Notes under the pieces: generated by a model
The model's database searches: none
Seen by the model: only the letters and a program-made list of their open reading frames with translations
Told to the model about the DNA's origin: nothing
Source of the DNA: Candidatus Fervidifonticultor sextus
Lineage (GTDB): Bacteria > Sysuimicrobiota > Sysuimicrobiia > Sysuimicrobiales > Humicultoraceae
DNA: 64,000 nucleotides
Assembly (NCBI GenBank): GCA_031459875.1
Contig: JAVKHQ010000015.1
Span: forward strand, 10,289 to 74,288
Direction of reading: 5' to 3'
Shown: in pieces, positions 47,621 through 57,648 of the stretch
Layout of the letters: each line of letters begins with the position of its first letter
How positions within the stretch are numbered: position 1 is the first letter of the stretch
Program-made: the position numbers and the translations under genes

Positions 47621-48115
47621 ATGGGGAGCGAAGGCGAACGGCCGCCTGAACCCGAGAACTGGGGAACATGGATCATCCAGCAGGTCATCCATCCCCTCTC
47701 GGTCTTCTTGCCGCCGGGGATCCTGCTGGTATTGATCGCCTACTTCGTGCTCGCCGCCTTTGGCGAGGGGTTCTACCCTGGCATTCGGAGCTTCGCGGCG
47801 GTGCTGTTCCCGCTGTCGGTGGTGACCTTCACCTTCATCTTCGCACGGGGATGGCTGGCGCGGCTGGTCGCCTTCTCGCCCACCACCAGCTTCCTGCTGT
47901 CCTTGCTGGTGGGGTTGCTGGTCATGGCGGTGATCCGATTCTCAACGCGGGGCTCAACGGTGCCGATCTCCGAGCTGGTGCTGTCGGCCAGCTTCTCGTT
48001 GCTGGTCTTCGGCCACGCCAGCCTGCAAGGCGGTCGGGTTTCGGCCTACTCTTACGGGATGCTCTCGGGCATGATGCTCTACATCATCTTTCTGGGGTTT
48101 CCGAGGTTGCGCTAA
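47621..48115 (+). CDS. Hypothetical membrane protein (about 5 TM)
   Basis: RBS GGGGGAG; hydrophobic ORF filling the intergenic gap. Confidence 0.65.
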   Translation: MGSEGERPPEPENWGTWIIQQVIHPLSVFLPPGILLVLIAYFVLAAFGEGFYPGIRSFAAVLFPLSVVTFTFIFARGWLARLVAFSPTTSFLLSLLVGLLVMAVIRFSTRGSTVPISELVLSASFSLLVFGHASLQGGRVSAYSYGMLSGMMLYIIFLGFPRLR

Positions 48116-48207
48116 TCGAGCTGACGGAGAAAGCGAGCGGGCGGGAGGACCGGAAGTTCGCCTACGAGGCCGAGCAGGTGTTCGTCGCCCGATGGAGCAC
48201 GGTTTGC

Positions 48208-49470
48208 TCATGGGCATCCTGTATCATGGGCCCGCGCCTGGCGGGCGGCCCGGCGCGCCTGGCGCAGCGGCTCGGGCGTGCGGGAGCCCGCGGTGACGGC
48301 CAGGACGACGGCGACCGCGCTCTGGGGATCGGTCCGCCAGGCCGCGTGGACGGCCAGGGGGCGCGCCCCGCGTTGAGTCCGGAGCCAGTAGCCCACGAGT
48401 TCGTCCCCGACCTTCAGCGGACTGGTGGCACCGGGCGCATCGGCCGGCCAGGGTCCGTCGGCCAGGAGCGGCCTGTGGGTCACGCCGACAGTCGGCAGTG
48501 ACAGCCGGGCTCCGAGGTGCAGCGCCAGCCCGGCGCGCCGGGGGTGATCCCGGCCGGTGGCGTTGACGATCAGGACTTCTGGCACCGCGCGCAGGCGGCG
48601 CACCGCAGCCTCCAGGAGCGGTCCCTCGCGGAGGGCCAGCAGCCCGGGCTCGTAGGCCGCGGCCGTCTGCCCTCGGACCACCGCCACATCCACGAGTCGG
48701 CCGCCGACCAGCAGCGCCGCGGCCGCCCACGCGGAATCGCCGGGTGCGCCTGCGCCTTCCTTCCCCCGCGGGAAGCACACGAAGCACCCTGCCACCGCTG
48801 GCAGGAGGCCGTCTGTAGGACGCCAGGGTTCGGGTGAGATGGCCGACAGTCTGGCTTGCTCCGCCATGAGGTCCTCTGGCGTCGTGGGCCAGGGCGCTGT
48901 GGAGGCCGTCCCGCTTGTCACCGCCGGGGTTTTCCTCCCTCCGGACCCCCTTCGGTCCAGCCAGGTCCGCGCGGCCTCAAAGACCCGGTCGCGGTTCGCC
49001 CTGGTGAGCTCGTAGAGCGTGGTGCCGGGACGTTGCTTGAAGGCGTCGGACCACGGATGAGGGGCCACGGTGATCGTGGCGATCAGCAGGGCCGGGCTGG
49101 CAGCGACCTCGTCCATCACCGCGCGGAAGGCCTCGCTGGCGAGTTCCATCTTGCCGATCTCGTCCACCAGGAGCACCCGGCGGCCCCTCAGGCCCTGGCG
49201 GATGGTCGGCAGGCCGAGCCGTTCGAGCGCCGCGAGATCGACGCCGTAGCGTCCTACGCGGTGGGATGCGGTCTTCGCCCAGTCCACGTGGGCAAAGACC
49301 GCCGCCCGCCCGTCCAGGGTGACCAGTCGGAACCCCACGCGCTCACCGGATTCCCGGATCTCCTCGGTGTAGAATCCGGCGGCCCTGCGCCCCAGGGCGT
49401 TCGCCAGTCTCCGGGCGAGCGTCGTCTTCCCGACCCCGGGCCGGCCGGCGATCAGCAGGATGTCTGCCAT
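48208..49470 (-). CDS. Fusion of NTPase (THEP1/NTPase_1 family) and endonuclease V-like domain
   Basis: N-terminal GRPGVGKTT, GFYTEEIR..RVGF, VGRYGVD, VDEIGKMEL; C-terminal YEPGLLALREGP, HPRRAGLA.HLG, RTPEPLRQA. Confidence 0.85.
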   Translation of the reverse strand: MADILLIAGRPGVGKTTLARRLANALGRRAAGFYTEEIRESGERVGFRLVTLDGRAAVFAHVDWAKTASHRVGRYGVDLAALERLGLPTIRQGLRGRRVLLVDEIGKMELASEAFRAVMDEVAASPALLIATITVAPHPWSDAFKQRPGTTLYELTRANRDRVFEAARTWLDRRGSGGRKTPAVTSGTASTAPWPTTPEDLMAEQARLSAISPEPWRPTDGLLPAVAGCFVCFPRGKEGAGAPGDSAWAAAALLVGGRLVDVAVVRGQTAAAYEPGLLALREGPLLEAAVRRLRAVPEVLIVNATGRDHPRRAGLALHLGARLSLPTVGVTHRPLLADGPWPADAPGATSPLKVGDELVGYWLRTQRGARPLAVHAAWRTDPQSAVAVVLAVTAGSRTPEPLRQARRAARQARAHDTGCP

Positions 49471-49518
49471 CGGGTCCTCAACACCACTCTACAGCGCCGC
49501 ATGGGGAGGTCGGTATCT

Positions 49519-49986
49519 GTGAGGCTGTATCTCGTGCAGCACGCCGAGGCCAAACGTGAGGATGAGGATCCGGCCAGGCCCCTGACGGAGAAAGGCTGGC
49601 AGGATGCCCGGAAGGTCGCCCAGCATGCGGTGGGGCGGGCCGGTGTGCGTCCCGGTCGGATCCTGCACAGCGGGAAGCTGCGTGCACAGCAGACGGCCGA
49701 GGTGTGGGCCGCCGCCACAGGCGGCATGGAGATCGCGGCGGCCGAGGGCCTGGATCCAACAGCCGCCCCGGCCGTCTGGGCGGAGCGTCTGGCCCGCGAA
49801 TCCGGCGATCTGATGCTGGTCGGTCATCTCCCTCACCTGGGCCGGCTGGCGTCGCTGTTGCTCTGCGGGGATGCAGACAGCCAGGTGGTGAGATTCGAGA
49901 CCGGCGGCATCGTCTGTCTTGAGCGCGGCCCCGACGGCCGATGGTCGCTGCGGTGGGCGATCACACCGGGCACGGTGGGATCGTGA
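49519..49986 (+). CDS. sixA: Phosphohistidine phosphatase SixA-like
   Basis: LYLVQHAEA, RPLTEKG, HSGKLRAQQTA, LVGHLPHL. Confidence 0.85.
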   Translation: MRLYLVQHAEAKREDEDPARPLTEKGWQDARKVAQHAVGRAGVRPGRILHSGKLRAQQTAEVWAAATGGMEIAAAEGLDPTAAPAVWAERLARESGDLMLVGHLPHLGRLASLLLCGDADSQVVRFETGGIVCLERGPDGRWSLRWAITPGTVGS

Positions 49987-50726
49987 CGACCTCGGCGGGG
50001 GATTCGAAGAGGAGATCCGGTCGGGCGGCGACTGTCAAGGTGGGGTGCTGCGGGTTCCCGCGCCGGCTGGAAGAATACGCCCGGCATCTCTGCCTGGTGG
50101 AGGTGCAGCAGACGTTCTACAGACCCCCACGGGTTCAGACCGCCGAGCGGTGGCGCGCGCGTGTCCCTGCGGAGTTCGAGTTCACCATGAAGGCCTGGCA
50201 GCTCATCACCCACCCGCCGACGAGTCCGACCTACCGGCGCCTGGGGCGGACGATCCCCTCATCGCAGCACGGCCGGTATGGGTTCTTCGCCCCCACCGAC
50301 GAGGTCCTGGAGGCTTGGGAGGCCACGCGTGCGGTCGCCCGAATCCTGCGCGCCACCATCGTCCTCTTCCAGTGCCCGGCCAGTTTCACCCCGACCGCCG
50401 CCCACATGGCGAACCTGAGGCGGTTCTTCGCCCGGATCACACGGGAGGGGATGCGCTTCGCATGGGAGCCCCGCGGCGACTGGCCGGCCGACGTCATTGC
50501 CTCGGTGTGCCGTGACCTGGACCTGATCCACTGCGTGGATCCGTTCGCCGGCCCCAGCCACTACGGTCGCCCGCACTACTACCGCCTGCACGGCAAGGGC
50601 GGGTATCGGTACCGGTACACCGCCGCAGACCTCCGGGCACTGCGGGCGATGTGCTCCGGGGCCACCTACGTGCTGTTCAACAACCTCTTTATGTGGGAGG
50701 ATGCGCTGCGGTTCCGGAGAACCTAG
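49983..50726 (+). CDS. DUF72 (YecE-like) protein
   Basis: VGCCGF, VEVQQTFY, FTMKAWQLITH, FQCPASF, YYRLHG, VLFNN. Confidence 0.88.
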   Translation: MTTSAGDSKRRSGRAATVKVGCCGFPRRLEEYARHLCLVEVQQTFYRPPRVQTAERWRARVPAEFEFTMKAWQLITHPPTSPTYRRLGRTIPSSQHGRYGFFAPTDEVLEAWEATRAVARILRATIVLFQCPASFTPTAAHMANLRRFFARITREGMRFAWEPRGDWPADVIASVCRDLDLIHCVDPFAGPSHYGRPHYYRLHGKGGYRYRYTAADLRALRAMCSGATYVLFNNLFMWEDALRFRRT

Positions 50727-50768
50727 CCGCTACCTGTTGGATCCATCTCGTAGAGGCGGAGGGTGCCT

Positions 50769-51671
50769 ATGAGTATCGTGGCGAACGGCCGGCTGGTGCT
50801 CGTCGTGCTGATGCTCGCGGTGGCGATGGCTCAAGGAGCCACCATGGCGGCCATGGCGCCCGCGATCGTTGTGAAGGACGTCGGGTTGGAGACTCCCGAG
50901 TCAGTCCTCTACGACCGCGCCAGCGACGTGTACCTGGTCTCGAACATCAACGGGAATCCAACCGGCACCGATGGAAACGGGTTCATCTCCAGGGTTTCCC
51001 CGGCCGGGAAGGTGCTTACCCTGAAGTGGATCGACGGCACGAAGCCCGGTGTCACTCTGAACGCTCCCAAGGGGCTGGCGATCGTCGGCGACACCCTGTA
51101 TGTAGCCGACATCACCACGGTGCGGATGTTCGACCGCACGACCGGCCAGCCCAAGGGCTCGGTGGACATTCCCGGTTCGACCTTCATCAACGACCTGGCG
51201 TCCGCCCCGGACGGCTCGGTGTACGTCAGCGACAGCGGTCTGAATCCGGACTTCAGCCCGTCGGGGACCGACGCTATCTACCGCATCGACAAGATGGGAA
51301 CGTTGACGACGGTTGCCAAGACCCGCGACCTCCACGGCCCCAACGGGGTCGCGGTCCTGCCGAATGGCAGGGTTGTCGTCGTGACGTTCAGCAAGCCGGG
51401 AGAAGTCTACACGTTGGGTCCCAATGGCCAGAAGCAGCACGTCCTGGCTACGCCGGCCGGTCAACTGGACGGGGTCGTGGTGCTGCCGGGTGGGGCGCTG
51501 CTGGTCTCGAGCTGGGAGGCGTCGGTGGTGTACCGAATCGATGCCTCCGGGAAGGCGACGGTGGTCGTGAGGGACGTGCCCTCGCCGGCCGACATCGGGT
51601 ACGATACGAAGCGCAACCGCGTGCTGATCCCGATCTTCACGAAGAACTACCTGGTGATCCAGAGGCTGTAG
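50769..51671 (+). CDS. Exported SMP-30/gluconolactonase-like beta-propeller protein
   Basis: TPESVLYD, VSNING, LNAPKG, FINDL, PNG, LDGV, SPADIG. Confidence 0.82.
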   Translation: MSIVANGRLVLVVLMLAVAMAQGATMAAMAPAIVVKDVGLETPESVLYDRASDVYLVSNINGNPTGTDGNGFISRVSPAGKVLTLKWIDGTKPGVTLNAPKGLAIVGDTLYVADITTVRMFDRTTGQPKGSVDIPGSTFINDLASAPDGSVYVSDSGLNPDFSPSGTDAIYRIDKMGTLTTVAKTRDLHGPNGVAVLPNGRVVVVTFSKPGEVYTLGPNGQKQHVLATPAGQLDGVVVLPGGALLVSSWEASVVYRIDASGKATVVVRDVPSPADIGYDTKRNRVLIPIFTKNYLVIQRL

Positions 51672-51685
51672 CGGCGTCTGCGCGC

Positions 51686-51934
51686 CTACTGCAGGCTGAT
51701 CGCGGCGAAGGTCTCGGTGTCGCTGACGCCGGTCAGCTTGCAGAGCGTGCCGGTGAGGAAGTCCATGGCGCGCTCGCCGGTCGGCGCGTCGAAGATCACG
51801 ATCGCGTCCCGACCGCCGAACAACCCGTACCGCGCCGCGATGGTGATCCCGTTCGGTGGTTGCACCTGCCGGATCGCCTGGAAGCCTTCTTCGTTCCGGG
51901 CCGGGTCCATGGTCAGCATGGTCACGAACAGCAT
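51686..51934 (-). CDS. Small GYD/DUF3303-like dimeric alpha+beta barrel protein
   Basis: YGLFGGRDAIVIFDAP...TETFAAI; RBS AAGGGGTG. Confidence 0.6.
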   Translation of the reverse strand: MLFVTMLTMDPARNEEGFQAIRQVQPPNGITIAARYGLFGGRDAIVIFDAPTGERAMDFLTGTLCKLTGVSDTETFAAISLQ

Positions 51935-51993
51935 CGCCGTCACCCCTTTCGTCCGGGTCGGGCGCACGCGCGCATGCCTTTCAAGCCCATCCT

Positions 51994-54227
51994 CTATCGG
52001 GCTGGAGGCCGCCCCAGCGCGTACGCCACGATCTCATCCGTCGACATCGCACGGCCTTCTTCGATGGCCGCCGCGAGGGCCTGGCGGTCCAGTTTCCCGC
52101 CGACCTGCCAGGGCCCTTCTGTAGCGTCGAGGATCGCAGCCAGATCCACGCCGCCGGACTTCTGTAACGCGGCGGCCCCGCCGGCCAGCCGTGCGGCGCG
52201 CTCGGGCTCGCCCTCCAGGAGCACGAGGCCGGAGAAATCCAGGAGCAGCAGCGCAATCCCCGAGACGTCGCGCGCCTCGGCGAACAGCCCCATGGCTTCG
52301 TCGAAGGCGGCGCGCGCGGCCGGATAGTCGCCCGTCTTGCTGGCCACCAGGCCCAGCGAGTGGAGGGCCCATCCCAGACTGAACCGGTCGTCCTGGCTGC
52401 GGAAGATGGGAATGCTGATCGCGAGGTGACGAGACGACGCCGGATAATCCGCGGCCGTGTAGGTCACGCTGGCCATGGCCCAGTGGACCTTGGCGATGCC
52501 CGCCCGCTCGTAGATCGCCAGGCTCTCCTCGAGGAGCGACCGGCCGCGCTCGACTTCGGTCTGCGGAACGATGAAGACGAAGGAGAGATCATACAGGGCC
52601 GCCGCGACGTTTGGGGGATTCCCGAGTTGACGCCGCAGCGCCAGGAGCTCCTCGTAGAACCGCCGGGCGGCTTCCATGTCCCCCTGCCAGTAGGCAATCC
52701 CGCCGGCGGCCTCCAGGGCCTTCGCATAGGCCTGCGGGACTGACGCGGCACCGGGCAGCGCCAGGAGCCTGCCCAGCCGCTCGCGGGCTTCGTGCAGGTG
52801 TCCCCGCATCTGCCAGAAGCGCCAGAGGCTGGCTCCCAGCCGGAGGCCGGCCTCCGAGTCGGCCTGGTCAATCGCCCAGGCGATGGCGGCGCGCAGGGTA
52901 TGCTGCCGCGCCGGCAGGTCCCGCGGGCCGCCGCTCAGGAAACTGAGGCGGCGCTGGAGCCGCGCCAGCATCGCCTGAGGGGGGAAAAGTTTGACCCGCG
53001 CCGCGGCGAGTTCGATGGCTAGCGGCAGTCCCTCCAGCCGCCAGGCGATCTCCGCCACCGCCGGTGCATTCTCGTTGGTGATGGTGAAGTCGGGCTTCAC
53101 GGCCAGGGCCCGCTGGATGAACAGCGTGACGGCTTCGTACTGCGAGAGGGACTCCAGGTCCGGGGGGGGCCTGGGATCGGGACGCCGCAGCGGCGGGACC
53201 GGGAGCTCCTGTTCCCCGTACAGGTGCAGGGGGATTCGCGTAGTGACGATGACCTTCAGCCGGGTGCTGGTCTTGAGCAGGCCGCCGACGACGGGCGTCG
53301 CGGCGATGACCTGCTCGAAGTTGTCGAGGACCAGGAGGAGCCTCTTGCCGTTCAGGTATTCCTGCAGGCGGTCGAGGATGGGCCGACTGCCCGACTCGCG
53401 CACCTCGAGGCTCTGGGCGATAATGGACGCGACGAGGCCGGGGTCTGAGATCGGCGCGAGCGGGACGAAGTAGACGCCGTCTGGGAACTGGTCAACCACC
53501 TCGGCGGCCAGTTGCATGGCCAGCCGGGTCTTTCCGGTGCCCCCGGGGCCTGTGAGCGTCAGCAGCCGCGTCCGGTCCAGCAGCCGTCGGGCCTGGGCGA
53601 GTTCGTGCTCTCGGCCGACGAAACTGGTGAGCTGGATCGGCAGGTTGTTGGGGATCGCTTCCAACGTCCGCAGCGGCGGAAAGGCATCGGGCAGCTCCGG
53701 TGCCAGGAGCTGGAACAGGTGCTCGGGTTTGGAGAGATCCTTGAGGCGGTGCACCCCCAGGTCGCGGAGGCCGAGGCCCGCCGGGAGGGCGTGCTCGATG
53801 ATTTCTTTCGTCGCCTGGGAGACCAGGATCTGTCCGCCGTGGCCGGCGGCGCAGATGCGGGCCGCGCGGTGGACGTCCAGCCCGACGTAGTCGTGACCGA
53901 CAGGGACGGCGTCCCCCGTGTGGAGACCCATGCGGGCGCGGAAGGGCAGCCCCCCGTCCAGGGGAAGCCTTCGAGGGCCCGCTGTGCCTCCGCGGCGGCC
54001 ACGGCGGCGCGGACTGCTCCCGTGAACGCCACAAAGAAACTGTCGCCCTCGGTGTTGACCTCGCAGCCGTCCTGAGCCCTGATGGCCTCCCGGATCAGCC
54101 GGCGGTGCTCTTCCAGCAGGTCGGGGTACCGTGTGCCGAGGGTCTGCAGCAGGCGCGTGGAGCCCTCGATGTCGGTAAAGAGGAAGGTGACGGTCCCGCT
54201 GGGAAACTCTGGGCCCACCATCGTCAT
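51994..54227 (-). pseudogene. Cyclase-like - NB-ARC/STAND ATPase - TPR protein, frameshifted and internally deleted
   Basis: N-terminal PSGTVTFLFTDIEGST/TEGDSFF in one frame, RMGLHTG..GPGGTGKT..LVLDNFEQ..LPLAIELAAAR in another; shift at the C6 run 53950-53955; apparent deletion at TLRAAIAW|AIDQ. Confidence 0.8.
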
Positions 54228-54294
54228 TCCACCACCGCGCGGTAATCCCCCTTCGGATGGTGTGACGGCAACAGTGTAGCAGGGTCGAGAGGGG

Positions 54295-55362
54295 ATGGCA
54301 CGACCAGAGGGCAACAGGCGTCCGGGCTTCCCGCCCCGAACACAGTGGCTGGCCGTTGGCCTGCCGGGTGCGACAGTGGAGCGCAGTCTCAACCAGCCTG
54401 CCCGTGGCGACCCATCCACCCCTCCGCGATCTGAGATTGCCTTCCTTCTCCTCGACGGCCTGCGCAGCCCGGGGGCTCCCGGTGGCGGCGTGACCGTGCT
54501 CTGCGCCCTGGGACTCGACCGGGACGGCCGGGCACATCCCCTGGCCTGGCGCGCTGTGCCGGAGGAACACGACCGGGAGTGGCTGGCCGTGCTCCGCGAC
54601 CTGAGGGCAGGAGGAGTCGGCAGGCATTTGCTCCTCGTGGGCTGCGACGGCCACCCCGCACTGCTCCGGGCGATTCCGGAGGTGTATCCCGGGATCCCGA
54701 TCCAGATCAGCGTGGCGCACCGGCTGCTGGCGCTCTCGCGGATGGTGGACCGTCAGTGGCGGGCCGCATGTCTGGCGGAAGCCCGGGCGATCTTTTCCGC
54801 GCCGGACCTGGCGGCGGCCGTCGCCAGATTCCGGCAGTGGCGGGCGCGCTGGGTCGTGCAGGCCCACCGGGCCGTGGCCAGCCTGGAGTCCGACCTGGCG
54901 GCGTGTCTGACATTCTACCGGTTCTCCCCGCTGCTGTGGCCGAAGATCCGCACGGTGAATCTCGTCGAGCGCGCGTTCCGGGAGGTCCGGCGCACGGCGC
55001 GCCTTTCGGAGACAGACCGGGCAGTGGTCCAGCCGCAGACGGCTTCTCAGGAGCCGGGGCCACCGGAACCGGCCCTGCTGGAATCGGTCCCGCCGCAGCC
55101 GGCTCCGTCGCAGCCTGTCCAGGCGGAGCCAGCGGGCGCCGAGCCGGTCCTGCCCCGGATCGAGCCCGGCGGTCCTGCGCCCTTTGAGGTCGCCGTGCTC
55201 CCACCACCTCCTGCGCCGGCATTTGCCTTCGATGCCGGACTTGCCCGGCGCTCCGCCCGGGGCCCGCGGCGGGGAGGTGGGCGGGCGTGGCTGCCGGCGG
55301 CTGCCGCCCTGGCTGTGCTTGCAGGGTTGGCCGCGGGCTTGGCGCTGGCGTGGGTTCGATGA
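54295..55362 (+). CDS. IS256/Mutator-type DDE domain protein with Pro-rich linker and C-terminal TM helix
   Basis: LLLDG, ALGLDRDGR, W..VL.DL..GG, GCDGHPAL..AI..VYP, QISVAH, LTFYRF..W.KIRTVNLVER.FREVRR. Confidence 0.75.
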   Translation: MARPEGNRRPGFPPRTQWLAVGLPGATVERSLNQPARGDPSTPPRSEIAFLLLDGLRSPGAPGGGVTVLCALGLDRDGRAHPLAWRAVPEEHDREWLAVLRDLRAGGVGRHLLLVGCDGHPALLRAIPEVYPGIPIQISVAHRLLALSRMVDRQWRAACLAEARAIFSAPDLAAAVARFRQWRARWVVQAHRAVASLESDLAACLTFYRFSPLLWPKIRTVNLVERAFREVRRTARLSETDRAVVQPQTASQEPGPPEPALLESVPPQPAPSQPVQAEPAGAEPVLPRIEPGGPAPFEVAVLPPPPAPAFAFDAGLARRSARGPRRGGGRAWLPAAAALAVLAGLAAGLALAWVR

Positions 55363-55427
55363 CCCCCGTCCCGGCGCGGTCGGGCAGGCCGGCCGCGTCC
55401 GTTCGATAGTCAGCGAGGAGGCACAGG

Positions 55428-56816
55428 ATGGCAACCGACCGTGTGCACCGCTACATCGACGATCACCGAGGGGAATCCCTCGAGATCCTCAAGACCCTGG
55501 TGCGGCAGCCGAGCATCAGTGCGCAGGATAAGGGCGTCAAGGAGTGCGCCGCGCTGCTGGCGGGGATCATGCGCGACCTCGGGGTCGGCGCCGAGGTCCT
55601 CGCCACGCCCACGCAGCCGGTCGTCTATGGCGAGCTCCGCACAGATCCCCGAGCGTTTACCCTGCTGGTCTACGGCCACTACGACGTGCAGCCGCCCGAG
55701 CCGTTGGACCTGTGGAGCAGCCCGCCGTTTGAGCCCACGGTGCGCGACGGCCGGCTCTACGGCCGCGGGACCGGGGACAACAAGGGGCAACTGCTCACCC
55801 ACCTGCTGGCCGCCCACGCCTGGACGCAGGTAGCCGGCGGCCCGCCGATCAACCTGAAGTTCGTCTTCGAGGGTGAGGAGGAGTCGGGCTCCCAGCACCT
55901 GGCGTCCTTCGTCCGGGAGCACCGGGCGAGGCTGGGCGCGGACCTCGTCTACATCTCCGACGGCGGCCTGCACCCGTCCGGCGCGCCGGTCATCTCGCTG
56001 GGCAACCGGGGCGTCCTTCAGATCGCCCTGGTCGCCCAGGGCGCCCGGTGGGACAACCACTCGGGGAACATGGGCGGCGTGGTCCCCAACCCCGTCTGGA
56101 TGCTGGTCCACCTGCTCTCGACGATGGTGGACCCGTCAGGCCGCGTGCTGGTCGAGGGGTTCTACGACCGCGTGCGGCCCGTCGGTCCCACCGAGGAGCG
56201 GCTGCTGGCGGCGCTGGACTTCGAGCCGGAGGCGTTCGCCGCGACGATGGGCCTGGAGCGGCTCGCCGTCGACGGCCCGACGTACTGGCGGCGGATCATG
56301 CTGGAGCCCTACATCAACATCCAGGGAGTGGCCGGCGGATACGTGGGCCCCGGGTCCAAGACGATCATCCCCTCGACCGCCGAGTGCCGAATCGACATCC
56401 GTCTGGTCGTGGACCAGAGGACGGAGGAGATCTTCCAGAAGGTCAGGGCCCACGTCGAGAAGGTCGATCCCCGGGTGCAGGTGGTGGACCGCGGCCTCGG
56501 CCGGATGGAACCCAGCCGCACGCCGCCCGACCACCCGGCGGTCGCGGTGGTCGCCCGGGCTGTCGCAGCCATCCGCGGGGTCGAGCCGGTCATCATCCCA
56601 AGCAGCGGCGGCAGCCTGCCCAACGCCGTCTGGCCGGATGTCCTCGGCGTCCCGCACCTCTGTGTCCCGTACGCCAACGCCGACGAGAACAACCATGCCC
56701 CCAACGAGAACCTCAGCCTGGAGCGGTTCTACGATGGGATCCACGTGAGCGCCCAGGTGTTCCAGGTGCTGGCTGCAGCCGATGCCTCAGGCGAGGTACC
56801 GCGACGGGCGGACTGA
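55428..56816 (+). CDS. M20 family metallopeptidase/deacylase
   Basis: YGHYDVQP, GRGTGDNKGQ, EGEEESGS, HSG..GG, NHAPNE. Confidence 0.92.
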   Translation: MATDRVHRYIDDHRGESLEILKTLVRQPSISAQDKGVKECAALLAGIMRDLGVGAEVLATPTQPVVYGELRTDPRAFTLLVYGHYDVQPPEPLDLWSSPPFEPTVRDGRLYGRGTGDNKGQLLTHLLAAHAWTQVAGGPPINLKFVFEGEEESGSQHLASFVREHRARLGADLVYISDGGLHPSGAPVISLGNRGVLQIALVAQGARWDNHSGNMGGVVPNPVWMLVHLLSTMVDPSGRVLVEGFYDRVRPVGPTEERLLAALDFEPEAFAATMGLERLAVDGPTYWRRIMLEPYINIQGVAGGYVGPGSKTIIPSTAECRIDIRLVVDQRTEEIFQKVRAHVEKVDPRVQVVDRGLGRMEPSRTPPDHPAVAVVARAVAAIRGVEPVIIPSSGGSLPNAVWPDVLGVPHLCVPYANADENNHAPNENLSLERFYDGIHVSAQVFQVLAAADASGEVPRRAD

Positions 56817-56848
56817 AGTCTTTCGGTCTCGGGCACAATCCAGCAGGG

Positions 56849-57511
56849 ATGTGGCTTCTGCGTCGCCGCCGGGGTGAACGCCGCAGCCTGCCCAGGCTCC
56901 AGGTCGCCGTACCGGTCCGCTACGCGACCGAGGAGGGGCAGGTCGGCATCGGCGTGCTCGTGGACGCGCACCACCACGGCGCCGGGCTGCTGGTGCCGCG
57001 GGTCCGGTTCGACGCCGAACGTGTCTGGCTGCAGCTGCTCTGGTTCGGCGACCGCGTGGGGATGGCGGGCCGGGTCGCCTACGTCCGCGAGAGCGCCTAC
57101 GGGCTGAGGCTGGGGCTGGCCCTGGATCCGCTGCACCCGGACACCGCGGGACTGCTGTCCGAGTTCGTCCTCCCATCTGCCCGCCCCGCCTCCCCCTCCC
57201 GGGGGAACGGCCCCGTCCGGCTTCCAGGGCTGCTGGTACGCTGGAAGCCGACAGCCCCGCCGGACCGCTACCTCCTGCCGGTCCTGGTCCAGCAGGGCCC
57301 CGTGGAGACCTGGGCCATCACCCAGGCCGAGACGGCCGGCGGCGCGGTCCTGGTGCTCCAGGGCCTGCCCGTGGCCGCACCCGTCAGGCTCTCGGTGTGG
57401 GGGAGCCCCGAGGTCCGCTGGGGAGAGGTCATCCGGGCCGAGATCCTGAAGCAGTCGCCCTTCGTGATTTCGCGCATCGAGGTCCGCTACGCCGTAGGCC
57501 CCGCCGCCTGA
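56849..57511 (+). CDS. Tandem PilZ-like domain protein, paralog of 38864..39604
   Basis: ERRSLPR..VPVRYAT..GQ.G.GVL.D.H..GAGLLVP, WLQLLWF, GRVAYVRE, LPVLVQQG. Confidence 0.7.
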   Translation: MWLLRRRRGERRSLPRLQVAVPVRYATEEGQVGIGVLVDAHHHGAGLLVPRVRFDAERVWLQLLWFGDRVGMAGRVAYVRESAYGLRLGLALDPLHPDTAGLLSEFVLPSARPASPSRGNGPVRLPGLLVRWKPTAPPDRYLLPVLVQQGPVETWAITQAETAGGAVLVLQGLPVAAPVRLSVWGSPEVRWGEVIRAEILKQSPFVISRIEVRYAVGPAA

Positions 57512-57648
57512 GGCCGCGTTCGCACCCGCCGTCCTGGCCGCAGCGGCCTGGAGTCTCCATCGGGTCGAGGATGTATACCTGTCGTCCCCGGCCCGGGGCT
57601 ACGCTCATGGAGGACGGCCCGATAGGGGTCCAGGTGAGGAGGATCGGC

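Noticed and set aside
54295..55362. Active IS256 insertion sequence
   Set aside because: No N-terminal DNA-binding region and no terminal inverted repeats or flanking direct repeats visible; reported as a possible domesticated gene instead
53960..55434. N-terminal extension of the 1146-aa ORF (51994..55434, minus strand)
   Set aside because: Shadow frame antisense to the DDE gene; the real N-terminus is in another frame starting near 54227
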